DNA of 64,000 nt from Candidatus Bathyarchaeia archaeon (GTDB taxonomy: Archaea; Thermoproteota; Bathyarchaeia; Bathyarchaeales; Bathycorpusculaceae), in contig JBEKNP010000001.1 in assembly GCA_049522695.1 (NCBI GenBank), forward strand, positions 4,261-68,260. The letters are read 5' to 3'. Every line of letters starts with the position of its first letter. Position 1 is the first letter of the stretch. The position numbers were made by a program, and so were the translations under genes. Positions 50,136-59,329 of this stretch are shown here, in pieces. The notes under the pieces were generated by a model. That model saw only the letters and a program-made list of their open reading frames with translations. It did not search any database and had not been told where the DNA came from.

Positions 50136-51302
50136 TTATGTTTTTTGGGCTCTTTCCTTTGCACGTTTTATTTCATTCACAACTTGATTAATTTGATCCT
50201 CGGTTATTGTGGGAAATATGGGTAAAGATAAAATTTCATTATATATTTGTTCTGCAACAGGGAAATCACCAATGCTGTGATGTACTAGATTTTTATAGAA
50301 TGTCAATAAATGCAACGGCGTATAATGGACACTTAACCCTATTTTCTTCTCGGAGAGTTCCAAGAATAACTTATTCCTACTAATACCAAACTTTTTTTCG
50401 AGAACCCTAATGACATATAAATGGTATGAATGTGTTCTATCTTTCGCTTCAAATGGCGTGATAATTCCGTCAATTTCCTTTAGACGATCTGAATATTGGT
50501 TTGCAGCATTGACTCGTAGTCTGTTAATATCGCTCAATCTTTTTAATTGTGATGTGCCTAGTACGGCTTGAACCTCATTTAACCTGTAATTATAGCCTAA
50601 ATCTATTACGTCATAATACCATGCAGCCCCACTCTCTCGATCGACAGCACTTCGTGTCATTCCATGTTCTCGCAGGATTTTAGCTCTTCTAAATAGATCT
50701 TCGTTATTTGTAACGAACATCCCCCCCTCAAGGGTAGTTAAAATCTTAGTTGGATAAAAACTGAAGCAACCTATGGTACCGATGGTTCCAGCTTTCCTTT
50801 TCAGATAGGTTGCACCAACTGTATGAGCACAATCCTCAACCACGGGCAGCTTATGATCTTTAGCAATCTCCATTATTTCTTTCATGTCGCATGGCTGTCC
50901 ACCATAATGAACTACTATAATGGCTTTAGTTTTTTCAGAAATTTTATCAATGATTGATTTTGGTGAAATATTATATGTTTTTTCATCGATGTCAGCGAAA
51001 ACAGGCTTTGCCCCACAGAAAATAGGTGCATTGGCCGTCGCGGCAAAAGTTAAGACCGGAACAATAACTTCGTCGCCAGGACCAATATCCAATACTCTCA
51101 TGGCTAAGTGTAATGCGGCTGTGCAACTATTAACGGAAATAGCGTACTTTGAACCGATAACATTTGCGAAGAGCCCTTCAAATTCAACCGCTTTTGGTCC
51201 CCCAGTTAACCAACGGGATTGTAAAGCATTATAGACAGCTTCTTTATCTGCATCGTTTATCCAGGGAGCAAAGAACGGAATACCATCTTTATTTATAGCC
51301 AC
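50136..51302 (-). CDS. DegT/DnrJ/PseC-type PLP sugar aminotransferase
   Basis: NSCTAALHLA, EDCAH, SFYPTKILTTLEGG (Schiff-base Lys), GYNYRL. Confidence 0.92.
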   Translation of the reverse strand: MAINKDGIPFFAPWINDADKEAVYNALQSRWLTGGPKAVEFEGLFANVIGSKYAISVNSCTAALHLAMRVLDIGPGDEVIVPVLTFAATANAPIFCGAKPVFADIDEKTYNISPKSIIDKISEKTKAIIVVHYGGQPCDMKEIMEIAKDHKLPVVEDCAHTVGATYLKRKAGTIGTIGCFSFYPTKILTTLEGGMFVTNNEDLFRRAKILREHGMTRSAVDRESGAAWYYDVIDLGYNYRLNEVQAVLGTSQLKRLSDINRLRVNAANQYSDRLKEIDGIITPFEAKDRTHSYHLYVIRVLEKKFGISRNKLFLELSEKKIGLSVHYTPLHLLTFYKNLVHHSIGDFPVAEQIYNEILSLPIFPTITEDQINQVVNEIKRAKERAQKT

Positions 51303-51537
51303 AGCCTCACTCTCAAGTGTAAGTTTTACATTGAATTATGATTAAGATGACTGATTGTTATTAACCCTTCCACCCAGCCATGCTTCACAAATAGTAGGTG
51401 AATGCAAGTAGGGCTCGCAGTCTTAAGAAAAGCCATATCATAACTTAATCGGCTTACGTAAAACTTCAGCCTCACTGGTCTCGTCATAATCCAAACAAAG
51501 CACCTAATTTAAAATTACAACTGTAAACTCAAGTGGC

Positions 51538-51849
51538 CTATTGCATATCTGGCGAATCATCACGTCTTTTACGATATTTTATAAAGCAAATAAGCTGTAG
51601 AATAACTCCAGCAATCAACGCGTAATAGGCATAAATAGCCAATGAATCTGCCAAGGATGACAAACCGATAAAAGAACAAACAGCCGTTGCCATTAAAAAT
51701 AATATGCATAACCCTATTAATGGAAGACCCCAATTCGCTTCAATGTATCCTTTAAAAGAGGTAAGAAATTTCTTAAGGTAACGGTCATCCATAATTCGCA
51801 CACTAATAATGCTTATAAAGCGGTAAAGCGAGAATTTAAAATTTTCCAT
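51538..51849 (-). CDS. Small two-TM membrane protein
   Basis: NWGLPLI...LAIYAYYALIAGVILQL hydrophobic pair. Confidence 0.6.
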   Translation of the reverse strand: MENFKFSLYRFISIISVRIMDDRYLKKFLTSFKGYIEANWGLPLIGLCILFLMATAVCSFIGLSSLADSLAIYAYYALIAGVILQLICFIKYRKRRDDSPDMQ

Positions 51850-52062
51850 GATTTAACCTAAATTGCTTTGGACAAAGCTATAATCAAAAAACCAAAACGT
51901 CCTCACTATATGTAATTAACGTCCTGTTCCTTTGTTAACTTTATTGCTAATTAGCAACAAGAAAATCATTGCCCAATCAACAAGAGCTTTGGCTATATTG
52001 CTAATCACATTTGAAATTTTAGTCGAATTTTTTAAGGCTATCAGATTTTGAACCTTACTAAG

Positions 52063-53586
52063 TTAACTTGGAGCATAGCTGTAAATAGCCATCTTTCCAC
52101 TGCTATAGACTTCATGAAATGACGGTGACACAGTTGGTTGCCCATACCACCCTTGCCCATTTACCCACCATATAAGGTATATTTGGCTATGCCCTTCTTG
52201 AGTAGCGGTCGTTGCCGCATTGACAGGGTCGCCAAATCCGTAGTTCATGACCTGATTACTGTTAAGAGTCAACAACGCCCAACCATAAAACGCTGTATGC
52301 GTAAGCAAAAGCGCACTGCTATTCAAGTTATTTTTGAACCATTGTAGGGCGTTGACTGTGTCATGGCAGTCAGTTATCGATATCGTATTCTGCAACATCG
52401 AAATTGGGATTTGATTCGCGTAACTGTTGAAATGCTCCGAATTAAAGTAAAAGAAGGGGTTTTCCGAAGTCATAAAAATGAAGCCAAAGCTTAGAATAGC
52501 CGTTGATAAAATAAGGTATAATACCGCAATTCTGTGCACAGTAAACTTAAAACTTTTCCATTTAATTGATTTAAGCCTGCTTAAAGCGTCTGTTGCGTAA
52601 AATGCAAGCGGATAAGTAAGTAGTAATACCCATCGATAAGGGCTTACAGAAGAGAGTGGAATAAACAACAAAATAAAACTCAAAAGAAGCCAAGACCTGA
52701 GCTGAAGATTCCCAAATCGCCAAAGACCTACCGCCACCAAGGGCAACAAAGGCAAGAAACAATACAAAAAGAAACCCCCTTCACTTATCAACATAGATTG
52801 ATAGGAAGCAAAACCAGTCCAACTAGCCAAAGACGACGAATTTATTGAGTAACCAAGGACGCCAGACTTTGCCACACCACTTAAATAAACGATTACAAAA
52901 TAGACCGCAGCAGGCAAAGAAACCACAACCAGATCAATTGACCACTTAAAATCTCTACGGAACACGCTATAGGCAACTGTACCAATTATAGCTCCAAACA
53001 TGAGTACCGCTACAAGCTGATGGGATAAAACCACAGCTATCATTGCTAACGAGAGAACAACATAGTGCTTCCAAGAACTGTCCTTCCGGTTGATAAGAGA
53101 CATAAGCAACGTAAGGACCACAAAAAAGAAAACTAAACTAAGCTCTTCTCGAAGTTGATCCCAAGACGCTCTTAAAGCCACAAAATAAATTGTCCCTAAA
53201 AGAGCAACAAACGTACTTTTAGTTGGCGACCACCCCAACCCCCTTTTTGCATATGCAAATATTGACAGCCCTAAGAAACCGAGAAGCAGCGGCGAAATAA
53301 TTTTAAGCGCAAAAACCGGTGACCCGCCTACACCAACTATTAACATTAGTATCGAGTAGAACAGTGGCGCAGTTGCGAGAAAGTTCCAAAGGTTAATGCC
53401 ATTATGTAGCCATAGCAAAGTATCTGGAACATAAACACCTAGGGTATCGAAGCCAAGGATATAGGGCCCCATTAAAATCTCAGGTATAAACCTCACAGCT
53501 AATGGTATAACAAATGCGAGAGCGGGAAAAATAATATAACGATTGCGGGTAAGCCAATCCTTTAGAGGATTATGAATATGCGGCAC
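52063..53586 (-). CDS. Polytopic membrane protein, putative GT-C glycosyltransferase
   Basis: First-loop GFDT..Y acidic motif, about 12 TM, short soluble C-terminal domain. Confidence 0.55.
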   Translation of the reverse strand: MPHIHNPLKDWLTRNRYIIFPALAFVIPLAVRFIPEILMGPYILGFDTLGVYVPDTLLWLHNGINLWNFLATAPLFYSILMLIVGVGGSPVFALKIISPLLLGFLGLSIFAYAKRGLGWSPTKSTFVALLGTIYFVALRASWDQLREELSLVFFFVVLTLLMSLINRKDSSWKHYVVLSLAMIAVVLSHQLVAVLMFGAIIGTVAYSVFRRDFKWSIDLVVVSLPAAVYFVIVYLSGVAKSGVLGYSINSSSLASWTGFASYQSMLISEGGFFLYCFLPLLPLVAVGLWRFGNLQLRSWLLLSFILLFIPLSSVSPYRWVLLLTYPLAFYATDALSRLKSIKWKSFKFTVHRIAVLYLILSTAILSFGFIFMTSENPFFYFNSEHFNSYANQIPISMLQNTISITDCHDTVNALQWFKNNLNSSALLLTHTAFYGWALLTLNSNQVMNYGFGDPVNAATTATQEGHSQIYLIWWVNGQGWYGQPTVSPSFHEVYSSGKMAIYSYAPS

Positions 53587-53746
53587 CTTTTATTCTCCAG
53601 ATTTATGGACAAGTATAGATGAGATTGTATTAAACTTTGATTGTATGTCTAAATGCCTTGTGCTTGTAAAAGATGTGACACCCTTTAAAAAAATGCCAGA
53701 ATTAAAAAGTGGTCAGCTGGTTGCTCAGATTCCATGTTTTCAGGTG

Positions 53747-55276
53747 CTATGGATTATTCTGTACGCCGTAGAGTGCGGCGTCTAAGATTAAACCATTCGT
53801 GTTACTGCCAATATTTTGAACTAAAGTTCCATTATTGTCTGCACCGTCAGAGTAACCTTTTGTGGGGGTTGGAAGGCTTTTCTCAAGATCGTCAACCATG
53901 TTGCGAGCAAACGCCGTGTTATACAAAGCGAGGAAACTAAATGCTATTTTATTATAGAAAACAGGACTCATGCCTAAATGTTTGTTTTGTGCACTGTTCA
54001 ATATTGTCCAGGTATCGCCATTAGGCAAAACAACATACTCGTATATGAAGCCTGAAGGACTATTTCCTTCACTAAAAGCCGCATAATGCCCCGTCGCATT
54101 ATAATAGGCTTCACTAGCCAAATAGACTTGCTTCGCCAAAGCTATTAGTTGAGAACTATTGTTGTTAAGTTCAAAAACTGAACAATAAAGCGGGTCACCT
54201 GTAATTGTGGCTTTAGGCAACGAAACATTGCCATACGTTGTTACATTTCCAGCTGACAAAATATTTTTCAGTATTGTACTTGGAGCATTAGTAAGACTAT
54301 GGAAGAAGCTTGCGAAACCGCTCCAGCAATAGTAAGCATAAATACTAGTTGATGTCTGGCTATCAGCCGCAACTTCTGGCACCAAAGCAGTATAGTTCGA
54401 TCTGTTACCAGATTCATCGTAAACTATGTTATTTATTTGTGGTGCTAAACTACTATTGAAAGTCCTAAGATTGTTGAGAGCAACAAACAACCTTCCCGTA
54501 TCAATAAGATCAACGATTTCCGGAGATGACATAAAAGAATCATCTTTTCCAGTTGCAGCATCGTAGAACTGGTACGGATAACTAGCATTGTTAAGAGGCC
54601 GAGTTTCCAGGAAAGTTAAAACATCAGCTATTCTTGCAGAAAAGTTCCAAGCGCTATCATTACCAATTAAACCTAGTTTCTGCGCGTCAATGACAGCTTG
54701 GATATAAACACCTAAATCCCAATCAGTGAAATAGGTATAGTCTGTACCTCCAGCGTAAGGAAGCCCAGTATGTGGATCAACACCTACGCCAGGCTGAAAA
54801 TATGCCCAAGCATTCGCCGCCACCTGCAGCCAGACAGCACTGGTGATAGTTTGAGCAGACTCTATTAAGCCAGGAAGCTTAGGCGGACCTGGATTAATGG
54901 CTTGAGACAAACTTGAACCCGTCTGTTTTGACGGTTGAGCTGTGGCTGGCGATGAGGTACCATTCTCGTGATTTGTGGCAGTGGGTGAGGGAGTGGGCGA
55001 CGGAGTGGGTGACGGAGTCTCTGTCGAGTTATCGCTGCTTTGCGGCTCAACATTAGCCTTGGTAACGCTTTGTTTTGGCAAAAACGCAAAAACAGAAATC
55101 AACAAAACGGCTACAATCGCAACAGCTATCAGGCACTTTGCTTTCCTGCTAAACCGCCAGTGATTTAGCCGAAAAAAATCTTTTTTTGACTCAGCTTTAA
55201 GAGATGTCTCTAAGGAAACTAGCCAAACTAATGGAAGAGAGCAAATTTTTTTGAAATTAATTAAAGCATTTGTCAT
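53747..55276 (-). CDS. Membrane-anchored DUF3131/glycoamylase-like protein (putative (alpha/alpha)6 glycosidase)
   Basis: N-terminal TM, Pro/Thr/Ser linker, then AWAYF...TGL...TDWDLGVYI.A...A.KLGLI and IDTGRL. Confidence 0.65.
   Translation of the reverse strand: MTNALINFKKICSLPLVWLVSLETSLKAESKKDFFRLNHWRFSRKAKCLIAVAIVAVLLISVFAFLPKQSVTKANVEPQSSDNSTETPSPTPSPTPSPTATNHENGTSSPATAQPSKQTGSSLSQAINPGPPKLPGLIESAQTITSAVWLQVAANAWAYFQPGVGVDPHTGLPYAGGTDYTYFTDWDLGVYIQAVIDAQKLGLIGNDSAWNFSARIADVLTFLETRPLNNASYPYQFYDAATGKDDSFMSSPEIVDLIDTGRLFVALNNLRTFNSSLAPQINNIVYDESGNRSNYTALVPEVAADSQTSTSIYAYYCWSGFASFFHSLTNAPSTILKNILSAGNVTTYGNVSLPKATITGDPLYCSVFELNNNSSQLIALAKQVYLASEAYYNATGHYAAFSEGNSPSGFIYEYVVLPNGDTWTILNSAQNKHLGMSPVFYNKIAFSFLALYNTAFARNMVDDLEKSLPTPTKGYSDGADNNGTLVQNIGSNTNGLILDAALYGVQNNP
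54980..55018 (-). repeat. 12-bp tandem repeat encoding a TPSP linker
   Basis: agtgggtgaggg/agtgggcgacgg/agtgggtgacgg. Confidence 0.85.
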
Positions 55277-55434
55277 TGTAACAGGACTGTCTCTTTTCAG
55301 GTTAGTGTAATTCCTCTTTCTCTGAAGAGTAGAAATACACGATTTCTAAAACAACCATAGTAAAAGAGAGATTTAAAACTATGTGGCAAAGAAATTCAAA
55401 ACTGACTATTTTTTTTAATTAAAAAACATACAGC

Positions 55435-55950
55435 TCAACCCAAGTTTATTGAGTAGTGCTTGCTATGTTCCTTTCGCTTTTGCGCCAACAATTCTTCCAC
55501 TAATTGTATTGTTTTTTTGGAATAGATTAGAGCAACTATTTTGTTCCAATCAAAGTCTTTTCTTGAATTATATGTGGATATTCTTCTTTGGAAAACATGA
55601 CTAGCTTGTCTGAACCGTGCAGAATTCGGAAGTCTCAGAGGGGTTGTCTGGGTGTTCATGGTGAGTGCTTGTGATTTCACAAACTTGCCTAATGAAATAG
55701 TCAGGGTATCCAAGCTTTTTAAGGAGGGCTGTTGCAATTTGTGGACCTTTTTCGTATTGTTCCTTCAGATGTTTCCTTCAATGTCATGCAGAATGATTGA
55801 AGTCAATGTTAACTCGTGTATTTCCGGTTGACCACAAATACCTTTTGTGCTACGTTCAAGACCCTTCCGGTATGTGCTACATCGAAATCGTTTATTTCTA
55901 AATAGGGGTGTTGCCGACTCAAACAATCTGTCAACAATTATTTTTCAACA
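55435..55950 (-). pseudogene. HD-domain phosphohydrolase pseudogene
   Basis: Fragments in several frames: FDVAHTGRVL, SIILHDI, EKGPQIA..LLKKLGYP, THHEHP, SDKL. Confidence 0.7.
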
Positions 55951-56154
55951 CCGTTAACTCTTTAGGTAATCTTTCTGCACGCTTATTTAGCTCTTCATTC
56001 TATTCAACCTGTTTGTTTAGGGCCTCACCCAGCAGATTGTTCCGACAATTGCTACAGCTTTCATAGAACAAAAATATCCACAAGCAAGCTTCACTGTTGC
56101 AACTTTGCGTCCCATCAATTGCCCTTTGTAATAAGTTGAAGCAGTAGTAGCTCA

Positions 56155-56235
56155 TTAAGAATAAACGACACTTTTCTGCACTTTAATGCATCCCTCAAGA
56201 GGCCTTTTGAATGTTACGCTTCCAGTTAAAGGCAT
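56155..56235 (-). pseudogene. Truncated AbrB/MazE-like gene, copy B
   Basis: MPLTGSVTFKRPLEGCIKVQKSVVYS*; aligns with copy A at MPL, VTF, L and Q. Confidence 0.5.
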
Positions 56236-56300
56236 ACTTACCGCGACTTTTCTTGACTTTTTTTTGACTTATATTGACTCTTATTGACTTATTTTAACTT
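56235..56300. repeat. Helically phased (T)TGACT array B
   Basis: GACT-like cores start at 56235, 56245, 56255, 56266, 56276, 56286 and 56296 (10-11 bp spacing). Confidence 0.8.
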
Positions 56301-56351
56301 AACCTGCAAACAATTCAAACCCTAAAACAAAAAAGCAACCCAAAACACAAA
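56301..56351 (-). repeat. 51-bp conserved block, copy B
   Basis: Reverse complement TTTGTGTTTTGGGTTGCTT-N22-TTTGCAGGTT. Confidence 0.75.
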
Positions 56352-56625
56352 GCAAAAAATTCCGCGCCAAAAAGAATAGTCAATAAAGTCACAACCACAA
56401 CATTAAGGCATGCCACGAGAAAGCACAAAGCGTTCTTAGCTTAAAAAAGCCCGTCAAATATAACTGCATGTTTAGTGGAATTTAACCTCTAAAGGTTTAA
56501 GCAAAGTAGCCATTAGTTATTGCTAAGCTATTGACATTTACTGTGGCTGGCCAATTGTAGTAACAGCCGCTTCACTTTGAATTCTTATTTAGAAGCATTG
56601 CATTTTGTTTTAGTCGTGAAACATA

Positions 56626-57972
56626 TTGTTGAAGGATGCTTGGGCAATTGCCATTGAAACCCTAAGCTGGATGGAAATGCAAAAACTAAGCGAACGCTTA
56701 GCTCTAGCGAGAACAATAAAGCAGCTTGGCGCAAGCGACCCCAATGCTATTCGCTTTGCTTACGGGTTAGTGGTTGAAACTACACGACACAAAAACCTCA
56801 TCGACAAATTAATCAACACTATGGTAGCGCCTAAAAAAATCGGCGAGTACAATTTAGGCATCCAATCTTTTCTGAGACTTTATGTTTATCAAACGCGTGT
56901 CGCCAAGAACTGGGCTAAAATTAACTTGCAAGAAGCTGAAAGCATCGCAAGCCTTGGCAGATCCATTTTAGGCTGGGAGACCGTGCGGGAAGTTGAGCCA
57001 ATTTTGGGCTTTTTGCTGACGCGCCAGCTGGAGCCAATTTTGAAAACGGCAAGCGAAGTGGAGAAAGTTAGCTTGCAAACTTTTCATCCTTCGTGGTTTG
57101 TTAGGTATTGTTATGGGCTTTTTGGACGTAATGAAGCAGTTGCCTTCTTGGAGGGAAGTGTAAATCCGCCGCCCACATACATCCGAGTCAATACTCTGAC
57201 GGCAACAAAAGAGACAGTTGCGAAGAAACTTGAGGCAGAAGGCGTTAAACTAGAAAATGCTGAACCGCTAAAATACACCTACAAAATAGGGGAAATGAAA
57301 AAACCGCTAAACACTTTGCCCAGCTACAAAGAAGGCTTATTTTACATTCAAGATAAAGCAAGCTGCTTCGCCGCACAAGCCGCAGACCCCAAACCCGGCA
57401 GCAGGGTTTTTGATGTTTGCGCTGCACCCGGCGCTAAAACAACGTATTTGGCTCAGCTAATGCACAACGAAGGCAGCATAGCCTCGGTTGATTTTTCAAA
57501 TAGAAGAATGAAAGTATGGAAAAAAGAAGTCGCACGCATGGGAGCCAAAATTGCTGAACCCGTAATCGCCGATGCTTGTGCACCCTTACCCTTCAACACG
57601 CAAGCAGACTTGGTGATTTTGGATCCGCCATGCACAAGCACAGGTGTCTTCGCTAAGCAGCCCTCAGCAAAATGGCGCCTAAGGCCAAAGTCAATTGAGA
57701 AAATGGCGGCAATCCAATGGAAAATGATTAACAGCTGTGCCGAAAAAGTCGCAGCTGGCGGAGCATTGACTTACTCTACATGCAGTATAACAGTAGAAGA
57801 GAACGAAATGATAATTGAGCGGTTTCTAAAGTGGCATTCAGAATTCTCATTAGCGGAGATAATGCCGAAACTTGGTTTGCCTGGACTGCGAGGACTAACA
57901 AAGTGCCAACGGCTTTATCCGCAACTTCACCAATGCAACGGCTTCTTCATAGCAAAGCTTCAGAAAGAATGA
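56626..57972 (+). CDS. RsmB/NOP2-family RNA m5C methyltransferase with NusB-like N-terminus
   Basis: IRVNTL, FYIQDKAS, DVCAAPGAKT, LDPPCTSTG, YSTCS, GFFIAKL. Confidence 0.92.
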   Translation: MLKDAWAIAIETLSWMEMQKLSERLALARTIKQLGASDPNAIRFAYGLVVETTRHKNLIDKLINTMVAPKKIGEYNLGIQSFLRLYVYQTRVAKNWAKINLQEAESIASLGRSILGWETVREVEPILGFLLTRQLEPILKTASEVEKVSLQTFHPSWFVRYCYGLFGRNEAVAFLEGSVNPPPTYIRVNTLTATKETVAKKLEAEGVKLENAEPLKYTYKIGEMKKPLNTLPSYKEGLFYIQDKASCFAAQAADPKPGSRVFDVCAAPGAKTTYLAQLMHNEGSIASVDFSNRRMKVWKKEVARMGAKIAEPVIADACAPLPFNTQADLVILDPPCTSTGVFAKQPSAKWRLRPKSIEKMAAIQWKMINSCAEKVAAGGALTYSTCSITVEENEMIIERFLKWHSEFSLAEIMPKLGLPGLRGLTKCQRLYPQLHQCNGFFIAKLQKE

Positions 57973-57986
57973 GGCAAGCGAAAAAT

Positions 57987-58568
57987 CTAAGTTGGAGCTC
58001 CAAAATCGCCAAGTGTTCTTTGAGGCGTTTCCTTGGTGAATAGTGGGTAGGTTATTCTTGTTCCTTCCACATGCGCCATCTCGTTGAGCTCATGTTTAAT
58101 GCAGCTGGTTGAGCTTATGATGTGTTCCACTTTAACATGCCGTACCACGAGTGCGTCTGAGAGGAGGCTTCGGTGGCACCGCCAAGGCAACGCTTCAGCG
58201 CACATTAACGCTAAACAGTTCTCTCGTGAGAGGGCGATGATTTTTAGCAGGTTGTCCGTGAACTCTTTGGTCTGCATGTAATCAGCGTAGCCTCTGAAGC
58301 TGCTGTTTCGCCATGCTAAGTTTACGGAGTCATGTTTTGGTCTGCGCAAGCCGCCGATGTCTGGCATATGAATGTATTTTACGCCGTAGGGTTTGAGTGT
58401 GCTTGGCAGGGTTTCCTCGTTGAACTGAGGGTTATGCCTGCTGCAGGGAACCGTGCGCACATCCACCACCAAAGTGGCACCGTAAGCTTTGAGCAACTCA
58501 ACGAACTCGGCGAGCGTTCTAGTGGAGTGCCCGATTGTAAGGATAGTTAATTCTGATGCTTTAGCCAA
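57987..58568 (-). CDS. DUF488 family protein
   Basis: TIGHSTR, DVRTVPCSRHNPQFN, LMCAEALPWRCHRSL. Confidence 0.88.
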   Translation of the reverse strand: MAKASELTILTIGHSTRTLAEFVELLKAYGATLVVDVRTVPCSRHNPQFNEETLPSTLKPYGVKYIHMPDIGGLRRPKHDSVNLAWRNSSFRGYADYMQTKEFTDNLLKIIALSRENCLALMCAEALPWRCHRSLLSDALVVRHVKVEHIISSTSCIKHELNEMAHVEGTRITYPLFTKETPQRTLGDFGAPT

Positions 58569-58654
58569 ACTCGCTCCTTCCCAGTACTAGATGAGCGGAG
58601 ATAAAATATAAGAATTAAACCGGGTCTTGCCGTGAACAGCGCTTGAGCTTGGAG

Positions 58655-59323
58655 CTATTTTTTTCTTGATTTTTCCAGTTGGCAGAGCATTTCAAACATT
58701 ACTTTTGCTACAACGACTGCTGTTACTCCTTGGTTGTAAATTGGCGCAATCTTCATTACATCAAAGCCTAACACGCGTTTATCGCACAAGGCACAAGCAA
58801 TGTATAGTAGGGCGGTTGTGGTGATTCCTTCAGGCTCAGGGTTCTGCACTGCAGGAGCAAATGCCGGGTCAAGTACGTCCATGTCTACTGTTAAATACAC
58901 GCTTTCGTATAGCAGAAGCTACTGTTTTAACTGTTTAGCAATCCGATTTGAGCCTTGCTTGATTATTTGCTGAGAAGTAAAAAAAACTCTACCCCAGCCT
59001 TCTTGGAAAAAGATAGTTTCTCCTTGCACGCTGAGCGCGTGCCAACCGCAAAGATTTTCGCCGGCTTCACTTCCCCCACTTATCAACTGCATAAACGTGG
59101 TATGAGAGAGCGTTGAACCTAAAAATTCGCAACGCAAATCCAAATAAGCATTAAATCTTATAACCGCTGTTTTCGCTGCCCTAGCGCCTAAACCCTTCGC
59201 AACTCCAAGCGTAATCGTGTGTTCTCCGCCTAAAACTACTGGCATTTTCCCAGCAGCCAAAATATCCTCAACCACAAGTCTAGTTATGTCAACCGTTTTC
59301 TGGGCATCAGTTGACACATGCAA
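58655..59323 (-). pseudogene. speB: Agmatinase (ureohydrolase) pseudogene lacking its N-terminus
   Basis: LGGEHTIT, FNAYLDLR (metal ligands D and H mutated), SHTTF, LTVDMDVLDPAFAP, PEPEG; several frameshifts. Confidence 0.82.
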
Positions 59324-59329
59324 GTCACC

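Noticed and set aside
50136-51302. Assignment as CDP-sugar 3-dehydrase RfbH/DdhC
   Set aside because: It has the Schiff-base Lys (SFYPTK) of aminotransferases and no obvious [2Fe-2S] Cys cluster
56235-56300. CRISPR array
   Set aside because: The units are ~10 bp with no unique spacers, and there are no cas genes; no CRISPR-type repeat was seen anywhere in the window
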